DNA of 64,000 nucleotides from Lama glama (GCA_028534125.1 CM052817.1:105712001-105776000), one strand, 5' to 3'; counted from the stretch's first letter, positions 26,681 through 42,012 are shown. Numbers and translations are program-made. Notes: a model not told the origin generated them from the sequence alone.

Positions 26681-28429
26681 TGACTAATTGAAAAGTAAGA
26701 GCAAATCAAATAATTATAAGACATTTTAGATCAATTTAGCAAAATAAGAAAAATTTGTCATTATAGAACTCTAAATTAATTAGCATTAGTTAAGTATTCT
26801 AAAAAGATAGCAGCCATCTAAATTCCATCACAGTGGGAATACAACTCACTTTTTGTTTTTTTATTATTATAAACATTTTAGTTATATATATATATGTTGC
26901 CTTTGATCTTTGTAGGAATTTTATAATTTAAAACCCAGAGATTTTTTTAAAACTAATTTATTCATGGAGTATTCTGAGAATTAACTAATATAATCACCAT
27001 TTCCGAACAGAAATAAAACCAATAAAGTTACAGTATTTGGGCAGACTTACAACATAAATATCAGGCACACTTTGGTTTTTCTTTTTCTATTCTCTTCATT
27101 ATTAAAACTTCACAACATGTTTCTCTATGGCATCTTTGTGCCACTAAAAGAAGTTATGAGGACATTCTACTGAAGTGGATAGGATTACATTTTCAAGCAG
27201 AAATGAAGTAGTAGTTATAGAATTATACAAATTCAACTACTTCAGACTTGTTTACTTTCAATTCCATAATATTTGTTGTAGGGCAAAAACTGAAATAAAT
27301 AGTCCTTTTCAGAGATTTTCAATAAAATTTTATTAAATTTTAAATTCTGATGTAAAGTCACCAAACTACACATCAGAGACTTAAAAATAGGAAACCTTCC
27401 AATGTTGTTGAAATGAGGACAATCATCAAAGGTGCTATTTTGAGTATAGAAGTTGTGAAACAATAATCAGTTATGTCAGGTTGGACTTAAAAGCAAATTT
27501 TCAAAGAGAGACTAGTTTAAAGATTTTCTTTTTTAATCTCTGATTCCCATTGAAAAATGATGTCTTCAGAGGAGAAAACTTTCCTATTTCCAGTTTTTCT
27601 GTGGAATTATTTTCATACCCTCTGCCTACTGAAACCACAGCTGGACATTTTCTTCTGGACAACATTTAGTTTCAGTGTACTACTCAAATTCTTTGTTTGT
27701 GTTATGGATCAGCATCCCCACTGGTCCTCTGTCTAATACTCAGTTACTACATCCTTGTTACCTGTACTATGAATTTATGGTTCCCTCATTTCCTTTGTTG
27801 ATTCAGTACAAGTATGCTTTGTATTTACACATGTTTTTCATTTAATTTGATATCCAAACATATGCTGATATCATAAGAATTTTTTTTTCAGCATGTCTGT
27901 AGTTCTCAGAAGATGATTCTTTACACGGATGAATCTTTTTATTGAAGCACCAAGCACAGTCTGCAGACTTATCTAGGCACTTAGTAAATGCATATTCCAG
28001 ACTAAGTGATGGTCAGCAATTATCATGAGAGCTACCTGAGCTTTTAATCTAGAGTCCCTACGTATTGTTTTACTAATTAATAAATATAAACACATATATA
28101 TAGATACATAATACATGTGTATATGTTTACTATTAATACATATGTATATTTATTAACTCTTATTAAAAAGTAGATTATATTCATTGCCTGAACCAAGATT
28201 ACAAACTTCAAAATCAAACAAATGAATTTAATCCAATCTCCTAGCTTGACCTTGGGCATATTTATCTTTAGTGCAAGTAGGGGCTTTGCTTACTTAATTT
28301 TTAATGGTTTAATTATACCATTTATCCAATATTGTGCTCTTTTCATATAACTTTATTTAATAAACACTCACCCTAAATTACTGCTTTATAATATTTTTCA
28401 ACATAGGTATTCTTTTGCATCAAATGGCT

Positions 28430-29990
28430 ATATAATCAACTACAGAAATACAAATACTTTACAAATTTTCACTACTACTTATAATAATGCTATAAATATA
28501 TTTGAGAATAAAGTTTTATCCGTATTTATTATTATCTCTTTAGGTTAGTCACCTAGGAAGTGAATTGCTATTAATGAGGGCATAAGGATATGAAAGATCT
28601 TTAAGGCTAACTAATAGTTATTTCAACATGCAAGTTACACTGATTGATATTAGCTGTACAAAAATGTGCCCATTTAATTGAACATTTTTAACATTATATG
28701 TGTTCCTAATTTGTGACATGTAAATGGCATCTCACTGCTCTAATTTTATTTAGTTGAAAAATAATGAGCTTACGTGTTTCCTTTATATGTTGTGATGCTT
28801 ACATGCAATTTTCAAACCATTCAGAAGTATATATAGTAATAAGTAAAATCATCCATAGCACTTTTCTCTCTAGAAGAATAGACAGGTTGTTGAGTAATCT
28901 TTCAGTTCATTTATTGAAGCAATTACATGTAAGTGCATTAAAATATTATATTCTTTTTAATCTTCTATGCACTTGTTTAAAAATAAACAGTTTTGTAGAT
29001 ATCTCTGTCATTTTCAGTACATTATTAATTTTATAACTGCAGCATGAGATTTCCTTTGGTGGATGGTTCATAGTTTATTTAAGCATTCCTCTACTGTTTG
29101 AAGTTTAGATTGTTTCTAAATTTCCTTACCACAGCCAGTAATGCAATGAGTATTTTTGTACATGCTACTGTGTTTTATGAGCATTTATTAAGGGGAGATA
29201 CTGAGATGTTACTGCTTCATTAAAACAGAGTCATATTTTGGTTTTGAGAGATAATACTAAGTTATGCTCAGAAAAGCCTAAAACGGTTATATTTCTACCA
29301 ATAGTATGTGAAAGAACATATTTAATCACATCCTTACCACTATTGAATCTAAACATACTTTATTACTGTTACCAATAGATTGGTAAAATAAATATCTCAC
29401 TTTTTGGTTTAAATTTATATTTACCTAATTATTTATGAAGTTTTGAATCATTTGATGTTTGTAAGTTCTTATTGCTCCCCTTCATGTGAGGAATAACCTT
29501 TTGGTTTTTTGCTAATTTTTTTTCAGTTCTTTGCTTTTTCTAATTTGGTAATTCATTATATAGTCAAGATACTCTTCTTCTGTGACTTTTTTCTTATTTC
29601 ATAGATTGCATTATCTATTCTTCATTTTTAAAAATATAGTAACCTTTATCAAGCTTCAGCTTTTGACTTAACAAATGTGGGGGTCTTGCTTAAAAAAGGC
29701 CTCATCTTCTCCAATATTTAAATAGCTGATGCTTTTAGTAATATTATAATGCTGCTAGTTAATACTGATCTTTTAATATTATTTTAATTTTATTTGTAAA
29801 CTCTTTCATCTATCTAGATATCATCTTATGTCAGAAATTAGATACACATATATTTTTTCTTACTAAATAGCTGATTAACTAAACACTATATATTATGTAT
29901 ATTTATTATATTTTTAATTTCCCATATGACATGAGTCTGCTTCTGAAATCTTTTTTCCATTCCACCAGTATTTTTCTCTATTGCTGAAAC
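28430..29990 (-). mobile_element. Highly decayed L1 (L1ME-like) fragments
   Basis: T-rich sequence with L1 3'-region-like motifs (tttagattgtttctaaattt, atttctaccaatagtatgtgaaag). Boundaries approximate. Confidence 0.5.
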
Positions 29991-30049
29991 ACCACTAGGT
30001 CAAGACCAGTTATGAAATTTATATTTTAAAAATAAGAGGAGAGTACTAG

Positions 30050-30840
30050 TCACCAATGACAAAGATGAAGACTTAAGTGGATTAGAAATTGCAAAGCAGA
30101 GATAAAGTTATCTGTCTTTATAGATGACATTAGTAGATATACATAACACTAGAAAATCAACTGTGATCCTACTAATTCAAAAATAAAATAATTCAGAATG
30201 CTAAGGGGTCTAAGCATAATATTAAGAAATTAATAACTTTATATATACTAACAAAAACCAAGGTATAATGAGAAAAAAATCCATTAACATTAGCAGCTAA
30301 AAAGATAAAATATCTATGTATACATCCAAGAAGAGATGACTTTTTCTTAATATAGCAATGAAAAAGGAATCAAATAAATAGAAATAGATATCATATTCCT
30401 TTTAAACATGTTAACATTCAATTCATTAGTGTATAAGTTCAATAAATCCCCTCAAAACATCAACATTTTTAAGTTAATTCAGCTGATTCTAAAATGTGAA
30501 GGTAGAAATGCCAATCATATTTCCACTTGATAAACTGACTGCAAAGTTTATGGATCACCACACATTAAAAAAAAGCCAATAAATTTTGAGGAAAAAAATG
30601 GTGAAAGATTCATTTTCCTAGATATTTATACATATTTATAGGCTCAATAAATAAAATAGTGCAAAACTTAGGTAAGAAGGAAGTGAAAGAGTGATGAAAT
30701 AAATAGAACATTCTGACATAGACTAAATGCCACCAACAAGTGGCATTCCAAATCAGTGGGAAGTGATGGACTATTTAATAAATTAGATGCTAATAAATAG
30801 CTACATTGAGATAAAACAACAATATTTGAACCATTACCTT
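30050..30840 (+). mobile_element. Decayed L1 ORF2 fragment
   Basis: A-rich sequence with ORF2-like motifs (tttatagatgacat, cttgataaactgactgcaaagttta, ggcattccaaatcagtggg). Confidence 0.6.
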
Positions 30841-30842
30841 AT

Positions 30843-31140
30843 ATGGTAGGTTGATAGAGTGATGGTCTCCAGTGAATCCTGTGTCCCATGCTTTTGGGTA
30901 GTCTCCAGCCATATTGACCCTAGGCTTGGCCATTTGATTTGTTAATGTCAGTGGGACACAAGCAAACTTGGCTATTTAGTGCTTCCTGTCTTAGAAGGTG
31001 CTATAGTCACCTTGTGAGGAAGTCTCGTATAGCATCCTTGAGGGTTGAAAGCCACACTGAAAGGGAGAGGCCGACCAATCCTAGGCTTCCTTGCTGAGCT
31101 CGTCCACCACCAATCCGATGGTTGGAATGAAGCCATGTGG
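30843..31140 (+). mobile_element. MaLR LTR fragment (MLT1F/G-like)
   Basis: tggtaggttgatagagtgatggtctcc...taggcttggccatttgatttg...caccttgtgaggaag. Confidence 0.5.
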
Positions 31141-31589
31141 TTCTACACATTATTGAGTGTGCAGATTACGTAAAACATGGTGGGTCATCCTACAGATTCC
31201 TGTGAATGGCTATAAAATAGGCGAGTAAATATACTACACAGAGCGACATGAATGTAACACTGAATGCAGTGCTAAAAGAAGAAAAATTAAGACACACTGT
31301 GAGATATATGCCTTATTGTCCTTTAAATAAATGAAAAATGCAACAAAACAACCCCCTTCCCTTACTCTTACATACCAGGAACACACCCAGGAGAATAAAA
31401 TTAAAAAACAATACTAAATCCAAATAAATGTCTAAACATATATTACATATAACCCCTCAGCCTGTTAAGCGGTAAGTATTCATGCGATTTTCATCTTGGC
31501 TGAAGAAGATGCAAAAAGTAATGGGAAAATAATAATGCAACTACTAGTATTAATCATGTGGGTAACTTTGACTACATGACTTCTGTCTT

Positions 31590-31765
31590 TGTTTCTTTAA
31601 TTTAATGAAATACTATGGACCAGGTAGCTTAAACAACAAAATTTATTTGTCACAGTCCTAGAGGCTGGGATGTCAGAGATCAGGGTGTCAGTGTGCTCAG
31701 GTTCTGGTGAGGATCCCTTCCTGGTTTGCAGACTGCCGTCTTCTTGATGTGCCCTCACATAGCAG

Positions 31766-31796
<31 letters not shown>

Positions 31797-31975
31797 ATCT
31801 CTCTCATAACTCTCCTTATAAGGGCACTAATCTAACTCATGAGGGCCCCACCCTCATGACTTAATTCTTCCCAAAGGCTTTACCTCCAGATTCGATCACA
31901 TGGGGAATTAGTGCTTCAACATACGAATTTGGAGGGAAGTGGGGGACATGGGACATGAACATTCAGTACCTGCCA
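31590..31975 (-). mobile_element. MaLR LTR (MLT1A-like) with an internal (AG)n
   Basis: gcttaaacaacaaaatttatttgtcacagtcctagaggctggga...tataagggcactaat...ccccaccctcatgac...gcttcaacatacgaatttgg. Confidence 0.85.
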
Positions 31976-32229
31976 TTTATTTAAAAGATTTTATTAGTTA
32001 CTGGAGGTTAGAAATATTTTCTACAGTTTTACCAGAAGGAAAAAAAAATGCTATCCAAGAAGCATTCCTTTCAGGTAAAAAAATCAAGAATTTTCCTTCT
32101 CCCAGTTTGCCAAGTTACACGTTTTTTCCTTATCCATTGCCAAATGATCTCACTTAGAAGAACTCATTGTGTGTGTTACCATCCTCACTCCATGCAGCTC
32201 CACGCATTCACTAGACTGGAGTGTTTCAG

Positions 32230-32662
32230 ATTCTTTAGCTGGGGACATCTGTGTTGCTCCTTTGCACGCAATTTCACCCTTCTCCACCTTGCTCTGTCCC
32301 AGGAGTCTGGATGATAGGGTTTCTGGTTAATCTGGCCGGTGGGAAGCCTGGCTGGAGATTGCAAGGAAAAAACAGGACCAGAGTGTATAATCCCCAACTC
32401 TCCCTGAGCACTTTGCTGATTTCTCGGAGACCACCTGTTTCTTCGGATAAAGGTCCCAGCACCTCCCAAGACAGACCTCTCCCCATACCGCCTTCCTTCC
32501 AGAACATAACAGTGGCAATAGTTGCACTGTTGCTCTCCACAGACTACCGCCCTGTTCCTTGTGGTGAATTTCCATTTCTTTGTAAACAGTCTATTTATTA
32601 CATCCTCCTTGATTTATTTCAATTAGAATTTGTTCTTTTTCTTCTGGGATCCAGACTGATAT
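32230..32662 (+). mobile_element. Old ERVL LTR (LTR33-like)
   Basis: 3' end tttgtaaacagtctatttattacatcctcc...ctgggatccagactgatata resembles the LTR33 terminus; explains the overlapping ORFs at 32048-32664. Confidence 0.6.
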
Positions 32663-35600
32663 AAGCTTTCTCTTCAAGGGAAAAACTAGCAAAACAGAAA
32701 TGCAAATCAGTAGCTGTAATAGCGATGTGGCTACACCCATCTTTTCTTTGAAAAGTTTCCCCAAACACTCTTTGCAAGTCAGGGCACATAATCATGAGCA
32801 CCTCACTGCTTGACATAATTACCTTAAGAACAGGGACCACTTATTTCCTCTCCATTTGCTTCCTAAGGTTTTATAAAGTGTACTGCACATGGTAGATTGT
32901 GAATAATGACTGAATTTGGTCTCATAGTCTCTAGAATCCAAATTATGCCAAACCTGGTTCCTCTTGGAACCTTTTTTCACCTCCTTTTCTGTCTTACAGG
33001 TGTACAATGGAAACTTTGGTATTATTTTTTGGTTAGTAAGATTTTTAATTTGTTCATTGTTTATTTTTTAAATCTCCTTTTCTAATTCCACCCCTGTATT
33101 CACAAATTATCTCCTATTCTTCCGATAACTAACTTCTGTTATGTCACCTTTAGTCCATTTACCAACTCTTGCATGGAACACTCCTAATCAGAAGAATAGA
33201 TAGAATCAGGAAGGCAGAGTTTTCAGATTTTCATGTTGTTTTTCCAAAATCAAGTTAGGAATAGCAACCAATCTTGGAAAATGCCATCTTAAGGCATAGT
33301 TCTCTCTCTCTCTCTCTTTGTTTTTTTCCTCTAACCTCTTAAGCTCTTCAAAAAGTGGAAGACATTGGTATTTGAAATATTGTCTGTAGTCTACGTGGTA
33401 TGTACAGAATTCCTAGTAAACCTGTTTTTTATGTACATCCTGGTTACTCATAGATGCAGTAGACTCTGCAGACGCTGTGTTAATTCTGTCAATTAGACAT
33501 CCCAAATATGCTGTAATTGAATTATGTATTTATGTCTCAGTTTTTTTCCTAGAGGAATCAAACTTCCTCCACAACAGAAAATAGGATAGCTGAGAAGGAA
33601 CAAAAGAGGGGATTTAGTTTTCAGAAACACAGTCTCCTTCTTTTAAGAAAAAAATTAAAACTGAAAATATGAAAAAAGAAATATCACTAAAATCTTTAAT
33701 ACAGAATTTCCACAATATACTTATGAAAGTCAGGCAGAAGGACATCCTTGAGTTTCTTTTTGCTTTTCAGCCGTGTGTGTTGAAAACAGAAAACTTCAAA
33801 GAGTCGTCCTTTCTCAGACACATCTAAGCATTAGGACAATTCAGAGACTGCCCTTGCTCTTGTTATAAATCTTTGCTAAATGTATCAATTCAGTTTCTCT
33901 GTGCTCCCCTTTGCTCCAGTGTGAATGTGACCACTGTTTATGAGCAAGGGTGTTTTACTGAGCTATTTATGTGAAGTTCAGATCAAAACTAAATCCTCTG
34001 GTACTTGAGTGGGAACAGTATTCAATCTTTTCCTACAAGGATCAGTCTGGGATAATAAAAAACAACTAAATGTAAAGAAATTCACAACCTAGTGACTGAT
34101 GGCACACATCAGATTTATGGTTTGTGTCCATGAAAACTGTGTGTTAGCTGTAACACAGTGGAAGATGTTATTTCAACAGCACATTGTGTGTAGGTTTATA
34201 TATTAATTACAAGGAGAGAAGGTTATAATTTTAGTTTCTTATCTGTTAAGCATTTCTTCCTTTCCAGTTGGAAAATCAAGATACTTAGAATTTAATTAGG
34301 GAAGCAAGATATTAATAATCCTGCCCATTACTGTTTATGAAGGACTAATTATTGACTTGATCATATGTTTTAGATATAGATTTTCACACGTAAAATCTCA
34401 AAACAGCAAATTCCTATGGCTGTTCCAATTCTTTTGTGCAGAAATTTAATTTCAAAGAATATGGTTCCTGTAATTGAGACATCAGAGAAGTTTGGAGAAA
34501 TGCCTTTTTTCAGCTGTGAATTGCATCGGAGTTGTTTTTATCAACAGGACATAGCGTGTGGCTAATCCGATGATCCAGTACACACAGTCTCCACTTACTA
34601 CTGTGCATTTGCATCCTTTGATATACGTGGAAAGACTAGTTTTAAAATCTGGAGAGGTGTGGATGACAGGGTTTGAGGAAAGAGAACATATAAGAGTGGA
34701 GAGAGAGTGTCAGGAACAAGTCCCAGCCTCTAGGATGGAGACTGGTCCTTAGCTGACCTCTATATATTAGATGTGAGCTAGAAGGAGAACTGGTGGACAT
34801 CCGTGTGGACTCTGGGGAGAGGCAGTACTGTATTAAGACTCAGGAGATGAAAAATAATTGTTTCTCTGCAAATCTTAGGAGCTTCTTTCACTTCAGTTTT
34901 GGGGCGTTGTGACCCTTGGCACACTGAGCATGGCAAATTAGTACAGGTCATCAACTGAAAGGATGGGATTCCTTCAGTAGCATCTCAGGTGATGGATTAG
35001 AAGGCAAAACAGGAGCAGAATAACATGTCAGATGGCATGGGGTGAGTGCCTGAAACAGTGCCTGGGGAGACTTTATGTGACCAGATCTATCTGGCGGATG
35101 TCCAAGGAAATATCTGAGGAAGTCATTGATTCCTCCAGTGCAAGAACTGTAGCCTGGTCTTGTGGGATGTGGACGTCTCTGACCAGCTGCCCTTTATTAG
35201 ACTTCACAGGGTTTCAATCATGCTTCTCTTTAAATATTTGTCCTGGTCCCCTCTCTGCCAAATTGCTTCCTTTGCAAGGCTCCTGAATTGCTGTGACATC
35301 CACTCTGACTGGAGCTCTCCAGGTCCTGAGAGATCCAGGACCCAAAGTCAGCCACAAAATGTTCTGTTACTTTTACTGAAAATCCTTGAATAAGACAGGT
35401 ATGGATGGACACCAAATTCCAGCATATGTGCAGAGCTCAGATTCCCCCAGCACTCCACGGCTTACTGCTCCATGCCCTCAGTAAGAACTGAATATCAGTA
35501 AGGACTAGGGTTAGGCAGTTTTTATTCCTAATAAAGTGTACAATTTGGTGATTGGCCAAAGGTGTGGACTGGGCATAGATCCTGTAGGTACAAGCAAGAG

Positions 35601-35859
35601 CAAGAATAAAAATGTGAATTTCTATTGTCCACGTGATCTCTATTGAATTCCCAAATGAATAAATCTCATCATATTTGGGTAATCCTGTCTGCTGATTTTT
35701 AGCATTGTGGGAATACTGGCTACAAAGACAATTTGGTCATTTTTCTTTTTTCATCTACAGATCCACCTGTTGTCTCAGGAAATATCGTATTTGCTATATA
35801 ATAGGAAAATGATGATATTTAAGGTGTAAAGTGTGAACAATTTGTTTATTATGAATGTA

Positions 35860-36050
35860 CTGTTTTCTTGGTAATTAACACACGTTCCCTCTCATCTGCA
35901 AAACAAGGTATTTTTATCCTCTTCCTGCTGATGAGGAAATTGAAACTCATGGACGTCAAGGACTTTCTATAAGGTCACATATCTATTATATGGAAAAAAA
36001 TAATGGATCATTAAACTAAATCAGCCCAGTTCGAAACCCCTTACTTCCTC
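35860..36050 (-). mobile_element. MIR SINE (decayed)
   Basis: gatgaggaaattgaaactc...aaggtcacat. Confidence 0.55.
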
Positions 36051-37746
36051 CAAAACGAGTTCTCTGAGAAACACTCTCCCCTCCTCACCAAACCTAAACA
36101 CCAATCCACACAACGCCGTGCTGAGAGGTTGCACTTTCGGCGTTGCTTTACTTCCCTACAAAAAGAAGGAATTTCACGAATACGTTTCCACTCTCTCATT
36201 CCTCATAGTCTGCATCTTCCTAGACACGGCCTGACAAATATTAGACAAACTATGTTAGACCTAGTACCATGCAGGATTTTATTATACTAAGCAGGCATGA
36301 AAGTTGAGAGCCTCGTACATATTAATCACAGACTAATGAACAGTGGGAGACTTCTGAATATCAATCTGTACTAGGGGGAAATTCTGAATTAGAGACACCA
36401 CTTCCTGCCCAATAAATCAGTAGTGAAAAATTGGAGGCGTCCTCAGTGCGTCTGCTTATATAGCCAGATCTCGAGTCCTGCAGGAGCCTACAGTGCGGAT
36501 GCCAACATGGATGTAATTTGATCACCCCCCGTGGAGCTTTTGCATTTTCAACTGAACCAATTTTTAAAAAATTTAATTACCTCCAAAAGAGGCTGGATGG
36601 TATCACAGAAAACTTGAGTACATTCTTCAGCATCAGTTAAAATAGTTGGAGAGTAGTTTGAGCATGCCTCTTTCTTCCTCTTTGGCATTGAAAAACCATT
36701 GCCCAAAGGGAGGAGAGGATGTGCAGTTAAGAGGAGAGCTGAAATGCCAAACCTTGATTGGCTTATGGCTTCTATTAAATGTGCACATTACTGTTTTTGC
36801 CTCTGAACACACATACAGTGTATAACAGAAAGAAGACAGTATCTTCCATCATCATTCGTAATTCTGTCAAGGATACCAGCCACCATCATACGTCTACACA
36901 CTTGCCTATCCTTAAGGACTGTCAGTGGGTGGAGAAGCATCCTTTCCTAGAGTCCAAGTTCATGATTTCCCAACACAAGTAAGAGAATGGGTGATGATAT
37001 TTAGAATTTTATATTTTTGATTCTGATACACAAAAAAATAATAGGATTCAGTTTTCAATTTGAGGAGCTTTTTTCCTTCTTAGTTTTTGACATTCAGGTA
37101 GCATTTAATACCTACACCAGGTATTAAAATTTTAATGGGGACATTTAGAGGTGTTTGTTAGCAATGTAAACGTCTCTTCATACGATTGTAATCAGGGCTG
37201 AAATTTTATCCTGAAAAAGTAGAGCGTGAGTTTTGTTTACTGAAAGGACACAAGAAAAGAGAAAGGTCCAGGAAATCAGCCAGAAATGGTGCATGTCATT
37301 CTGAAATACACTAGAATGATTATTTTCACAATAATTACCTTCTTCCATTTCAAGTATATATAGCAAAAGTAATAGTTACAAAGTCAGTACTAGTTTAGCA
37401 GAATCCTATAATTAAGCATTAAGCCCTAACAGTTTTTCAGTTTTTTTAATCATTCAAAATATGTAGACCCATTGAAAGCAGGGGGAGTAATTTTGCTCTA
37501 CAATATATTCCCGGTGCCTTATAATAGGTGAAACCTGTCTGTTTGGCATAATGAAAAGATCCTAGTAGTTGTTCAATAAACATTTTAAAAATATTTTTAA
37601 AGGAGTAGTTTTTCTTTTATATGGAAGAATTTGCACTCTCTCTAATAACAACAAAGAATCTCTTGACAAATATTCAAACATATATAAACTATAATATGAT
37701 TTTGTAATTATATGTAATATAATGATGTAGAAGCAGTTATAGTCTT

Positions 37747-37810
37747 TCTTTTTACTTTTTAAAATTTTTAAATTGAAGTATAGGTAATTTACAATGTTGT
37801 GTTAATTTCA
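37747..37810 (-). mobile_element. Very short (64 bp) L1 3'-tail insertion
   Basis: T-rich tail plus aattgaagtataggtaatttacaatgttgtgttaatttca; 18-bp TSD agaagca(g/a)ttatagtctt at 37729-37746 and 37811-37828. Confidence 0.85.
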
Positions 37811-38917
37811 AGAAGCAATTATAGTCTTATGTCTATTTTAGTAAAACATTTGTGCTTCTGCATTTGATGTCTTCCACAATTACAACACAAGACTGATTTT
37901 TTGAGAATATTCTTCTTATTTTTTCTACAATATTAAGTCTGAGTTTATTTATATTTTGAGTTTACCAGATGCTTATATTTGAAATTTTAAGGAGCTGTTA
38001 CACTGAATGCACCATATTTCTGTATTATGTGCATAAACTATAATTTTTTTTTACAAAAATAAAACTTTGTATAAGAATTAGCATACAGGTGATGATAATA
38101 TAATCGGCTATCTGTAGAATTTGTTTTATTTCACTTTGTCTTAACACTCACAATAAAGTCATCTTAAATTTTTTTTTTCTATTTAGGAGCACAGTCAATG
38201 TGACAATATTTCTGAGATCTTTATTTTTAATGATCTTTTGGAAATATTAGCAGGTGCTTTAATCAATATGACTAAAGAATCAAAAGTTCTTTACTTTTCA
38301 TATTCTGTTGGCCAATATGCATTTTGGATATTTTCTGTATAGTAGTTTCTATCTCATTTTATCTTATTTAATCTACTTATTAATAGGAAGCCACTGGTGT
38401 TATAGGTCAGGGTTTCAAAATATATTCATCCTTGTCACAGGGACTTCTGATAATTTACAGGTGGCATTCAGGACAAATGCTATGAAAAGCATTGAAGTAA
38501 TTAGAGACACCACCAACACATTAAAATATATGTTTATTTTTAAATTGACTTTAATGGAAAAATGCCATAAATTTCCAAAGTTCATCATTGTTCATTATAA
38601 GGTAACCAATATAATGCAGATATATCATTAAAAATGATAACAATATTATCAGGACAAGGATGAAAATTTTAACTTGTATTTAAAATTTTTAATAAAATAA
38701 ATGTCAAAATCATAAAGATAGTTAATCAAGGTGATCCTAAAATGTAATAAACAGAAGTCTAATAGTTCTGTACCCCTCCAAAATCTGCATCTGTTGAGGT
38801 AGTGAGGTTAATTAAAATGAGAAATTATGGACAGTTATCTAAATAGTGACGTCAGATTTATTTGATACTCATAAACAATATAAGCAGCAAATGAAGTTAG
38901 TGAAAGCGATACATGTA

Positions 38918-39057
38918 TTTTTTTTAATTTTTGAAAATTTTTGGAGGGGAGGTAATTAGGTTTATTTATGTATTTATTTAATGAAGGTGCTGGGGATTGA
39001 ACCCAAGACCTCAGTGCCTGCTAAGGACAAACTCTACCACTGAGCCACACCCACCCC
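38918..39057 (-). mobile_element. tRNA-derived SINE, vic-1 type
   Basis: gaggtaattaggtttatttat...ggggattgaacccaagacctc...ctctaccactgagc; same layout as the other copies; TSD unclear. Confidence 0.87.
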
Positions 39058-39343
39058 TCTTATGCTCAAGACATTTATTCTTGCTGGCTTTTCTAGCAGT
39101 TAACTAAGCTTATTCAATATCAAAAAGTTTAGAGAAAAGCAAAATCATGTTTCCTTGTTTACCCTCTATGGTAAAAGTAAAACTTCGTTGTTCCAATTAA
39201 CCAGATCTATCGCTTTTAATTATTTTGCTTTCTCCAGCACGAGTTATAATCGTTTGGCTGTAATGAAAGGGTGACCTAGAGGAAGAAGGCGGGCAGCACA
39301 GTTTCAAATGAATTCCAACACGATCGTGACACCTGACAATTAA

Positions 39344-40174
<831 letters not shown>

Positions 40175-40300
40175 GAGTGCTGGTAAATAACCACTGAATG
40201 AAGGGTTGTCCAGTACGCCGCACTTAATCCATTGTTTCAATTTACAGCTTAACTTTTCAAGTTTATAGCCGAGTCAAACATAAGTTACTTGGTCGGCCCA

Positions 40301-40306
40301 AATAAA
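40301..40306 (+). terminator. Proximal candidate polyadenylation signal AATAAA
   Basis: First AATAAA after the stop, followed by a T/GT-rich stretch (cattgttttct). Confidence 0.6.
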
Positions 40307-42006
40307 ATAGACATTGTTTTCTGGCAAAGACATACACAATTAGTACTATTGGTTGATTAGAAACGTTTAACACAATATTTATTGGGAAACCATATCAATC
40401 ACAAGAATCAAATCTATAGCTATGTTTAAGCCAATAAACTAGAAATTTAAATACTCCAGAATAACTCAACTGCAGGGAATTTCAAATGACTTTAAGCACC
40501 ATTTCATTCTGAGGGTGGTTTAGCTATTTTTTTTTCTCCATTATTTTGCTGTGCTTAAACCAGAAATAAAAGGTATGGAACCTTGAAATTCTTAAATCAA
40601 AAAATTCTGTCCCATCCACTGTTTATAATCTTTTGTGCCTTGAAGGGAATGTCACAGGAGGAAAAGGAAGGCTAAAAGCTGCATATTGAACACCTGCATA
40701 CCCATAAATATCTTGTCATTAAAAGAGAAAAGTCTAGCAAAGTCTAGCATCTTTTGCACCAAACCCAGGCTTGGGTCATGTGTTCAACCCTCAATGAGCT
40801 ATCAGTTGAAGACACAAATTGGCCTTAGGTTGTACACAGGTGACAAACTCTATTTGACATTCACAGTACAATCTGCAGCATGCTATGGAAAATGGGGAGG
40901 AAGGGAGGAAAACAATTATGGGAAAATGTTTGCAAAGTACTGTCCACTCAAACGTTGCTTTCAATCACAAGAGCGCATTATATTTTTAATGCAAGTTTGT
41001 CTGGGATGTCAGCTGCTTAAGATTGTCTGCTGTTAGCAGAAGAGATTTTTTTTTTTTTCCTTTCAGGTAGTCCAGTGTTGCATCGGCAGGAACTTTCATT
41101 TCTAAAAAAAAAAGAAGCATTATTTATGTCTGCTTAGAGTAAACCAAATAGGGAAATAACAACCGGGAGAAGAAAACTGGCTAGAGGACTGACGAGCATC
41201 AGCGGGTTGGGAGGATGCGTGTTAGAACCTGGGAGTCGGGGGACAGCGCCACAGTGGTGAGGAAGGATGTGCTTCTTCATTGCCACTGCTGTTTAAATAT
41301 CACCCTACAAAGGACCCCCTTCTTTATTAACTTTCCTAAATGACTTCTGTTTGACTCCTACATAATCCTTAAATGACTCTCGCTGACTGTGTGTAGTTCA
41401 AAACCTAACTAATCCTCTTATTTGAGACAATGCATAGAGGTAAAAATGATTGTTTCTCTTTTTCAGGGCAAAGAAGAGGCCAGTAGAAGTGGATTAAAAC
41501 TAGCGAGTAGGTTCATTGCAATAAGCAGATAATTATACAGGCTTTAAGTGATAGCTTCTATGTTTTGAGAATCTTTTTGTTTATGTTTTTTTGTTATTGT
41601 TGCTAAAAATGCTAATGAGCTGTTGAAATGACCTCCATTTATTGAAGGTAATCCAATAAGGTCTTTTTTTAATACAAATTTTTCTCAAGGTTGTGTAAAA
41701 CTGCTTAGAAACCTGAACTTTTCTAGTGTGTCATATCTTACGTGTATATAGCATCCTGAGCTGTGTGATACAGTAGATTTCTTCTTAGCTTAAGGACACA
41801 TAATGGGAGGAGATGTAAAAAAACAACAGAAATCAGCTTACGTTTCTACTTCTCTGCTTTCCTTTTTAGCAAAGTTTCTCCTTTGTGAACATGCACCATC
41901 TGCAGTGTCTATGCCCTAATGATTTAATGGAAGTCTGTCTCAAACACCCTTCTTTGGTAGCTTACACCACGTGGATGCTCTGTCTGTAGACATTGCTTGA
42001 TAAAAG

Positions 42007-42012
42007 AATAAA
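42007..42012 (+). terminator. Distal candidate polyadenylation signal AATAAA
   Basis: AATAAA followed by T/GT-rich sequence (gtcagtcttttt, tgtttccttctgtttttcc). Confidence 0.4.

Noticed and set aside
32048..32664. Cluster of overlapping ORFs up to 137 aa
   Set aside because: They overlap an LTR33-like element and resemble no protein I recognise.
34440..35700. Moderately GC-richer intronic block
   Set aside because: Possibly an ancient LTR or other repeat, but I could not assign a family, termini or exon structure.
40686..41036. 116-aa ORF after the FSTL5 stop
   Set aside because: Non-ATG start, lies in probable 3' UTR, no recognisable domain.
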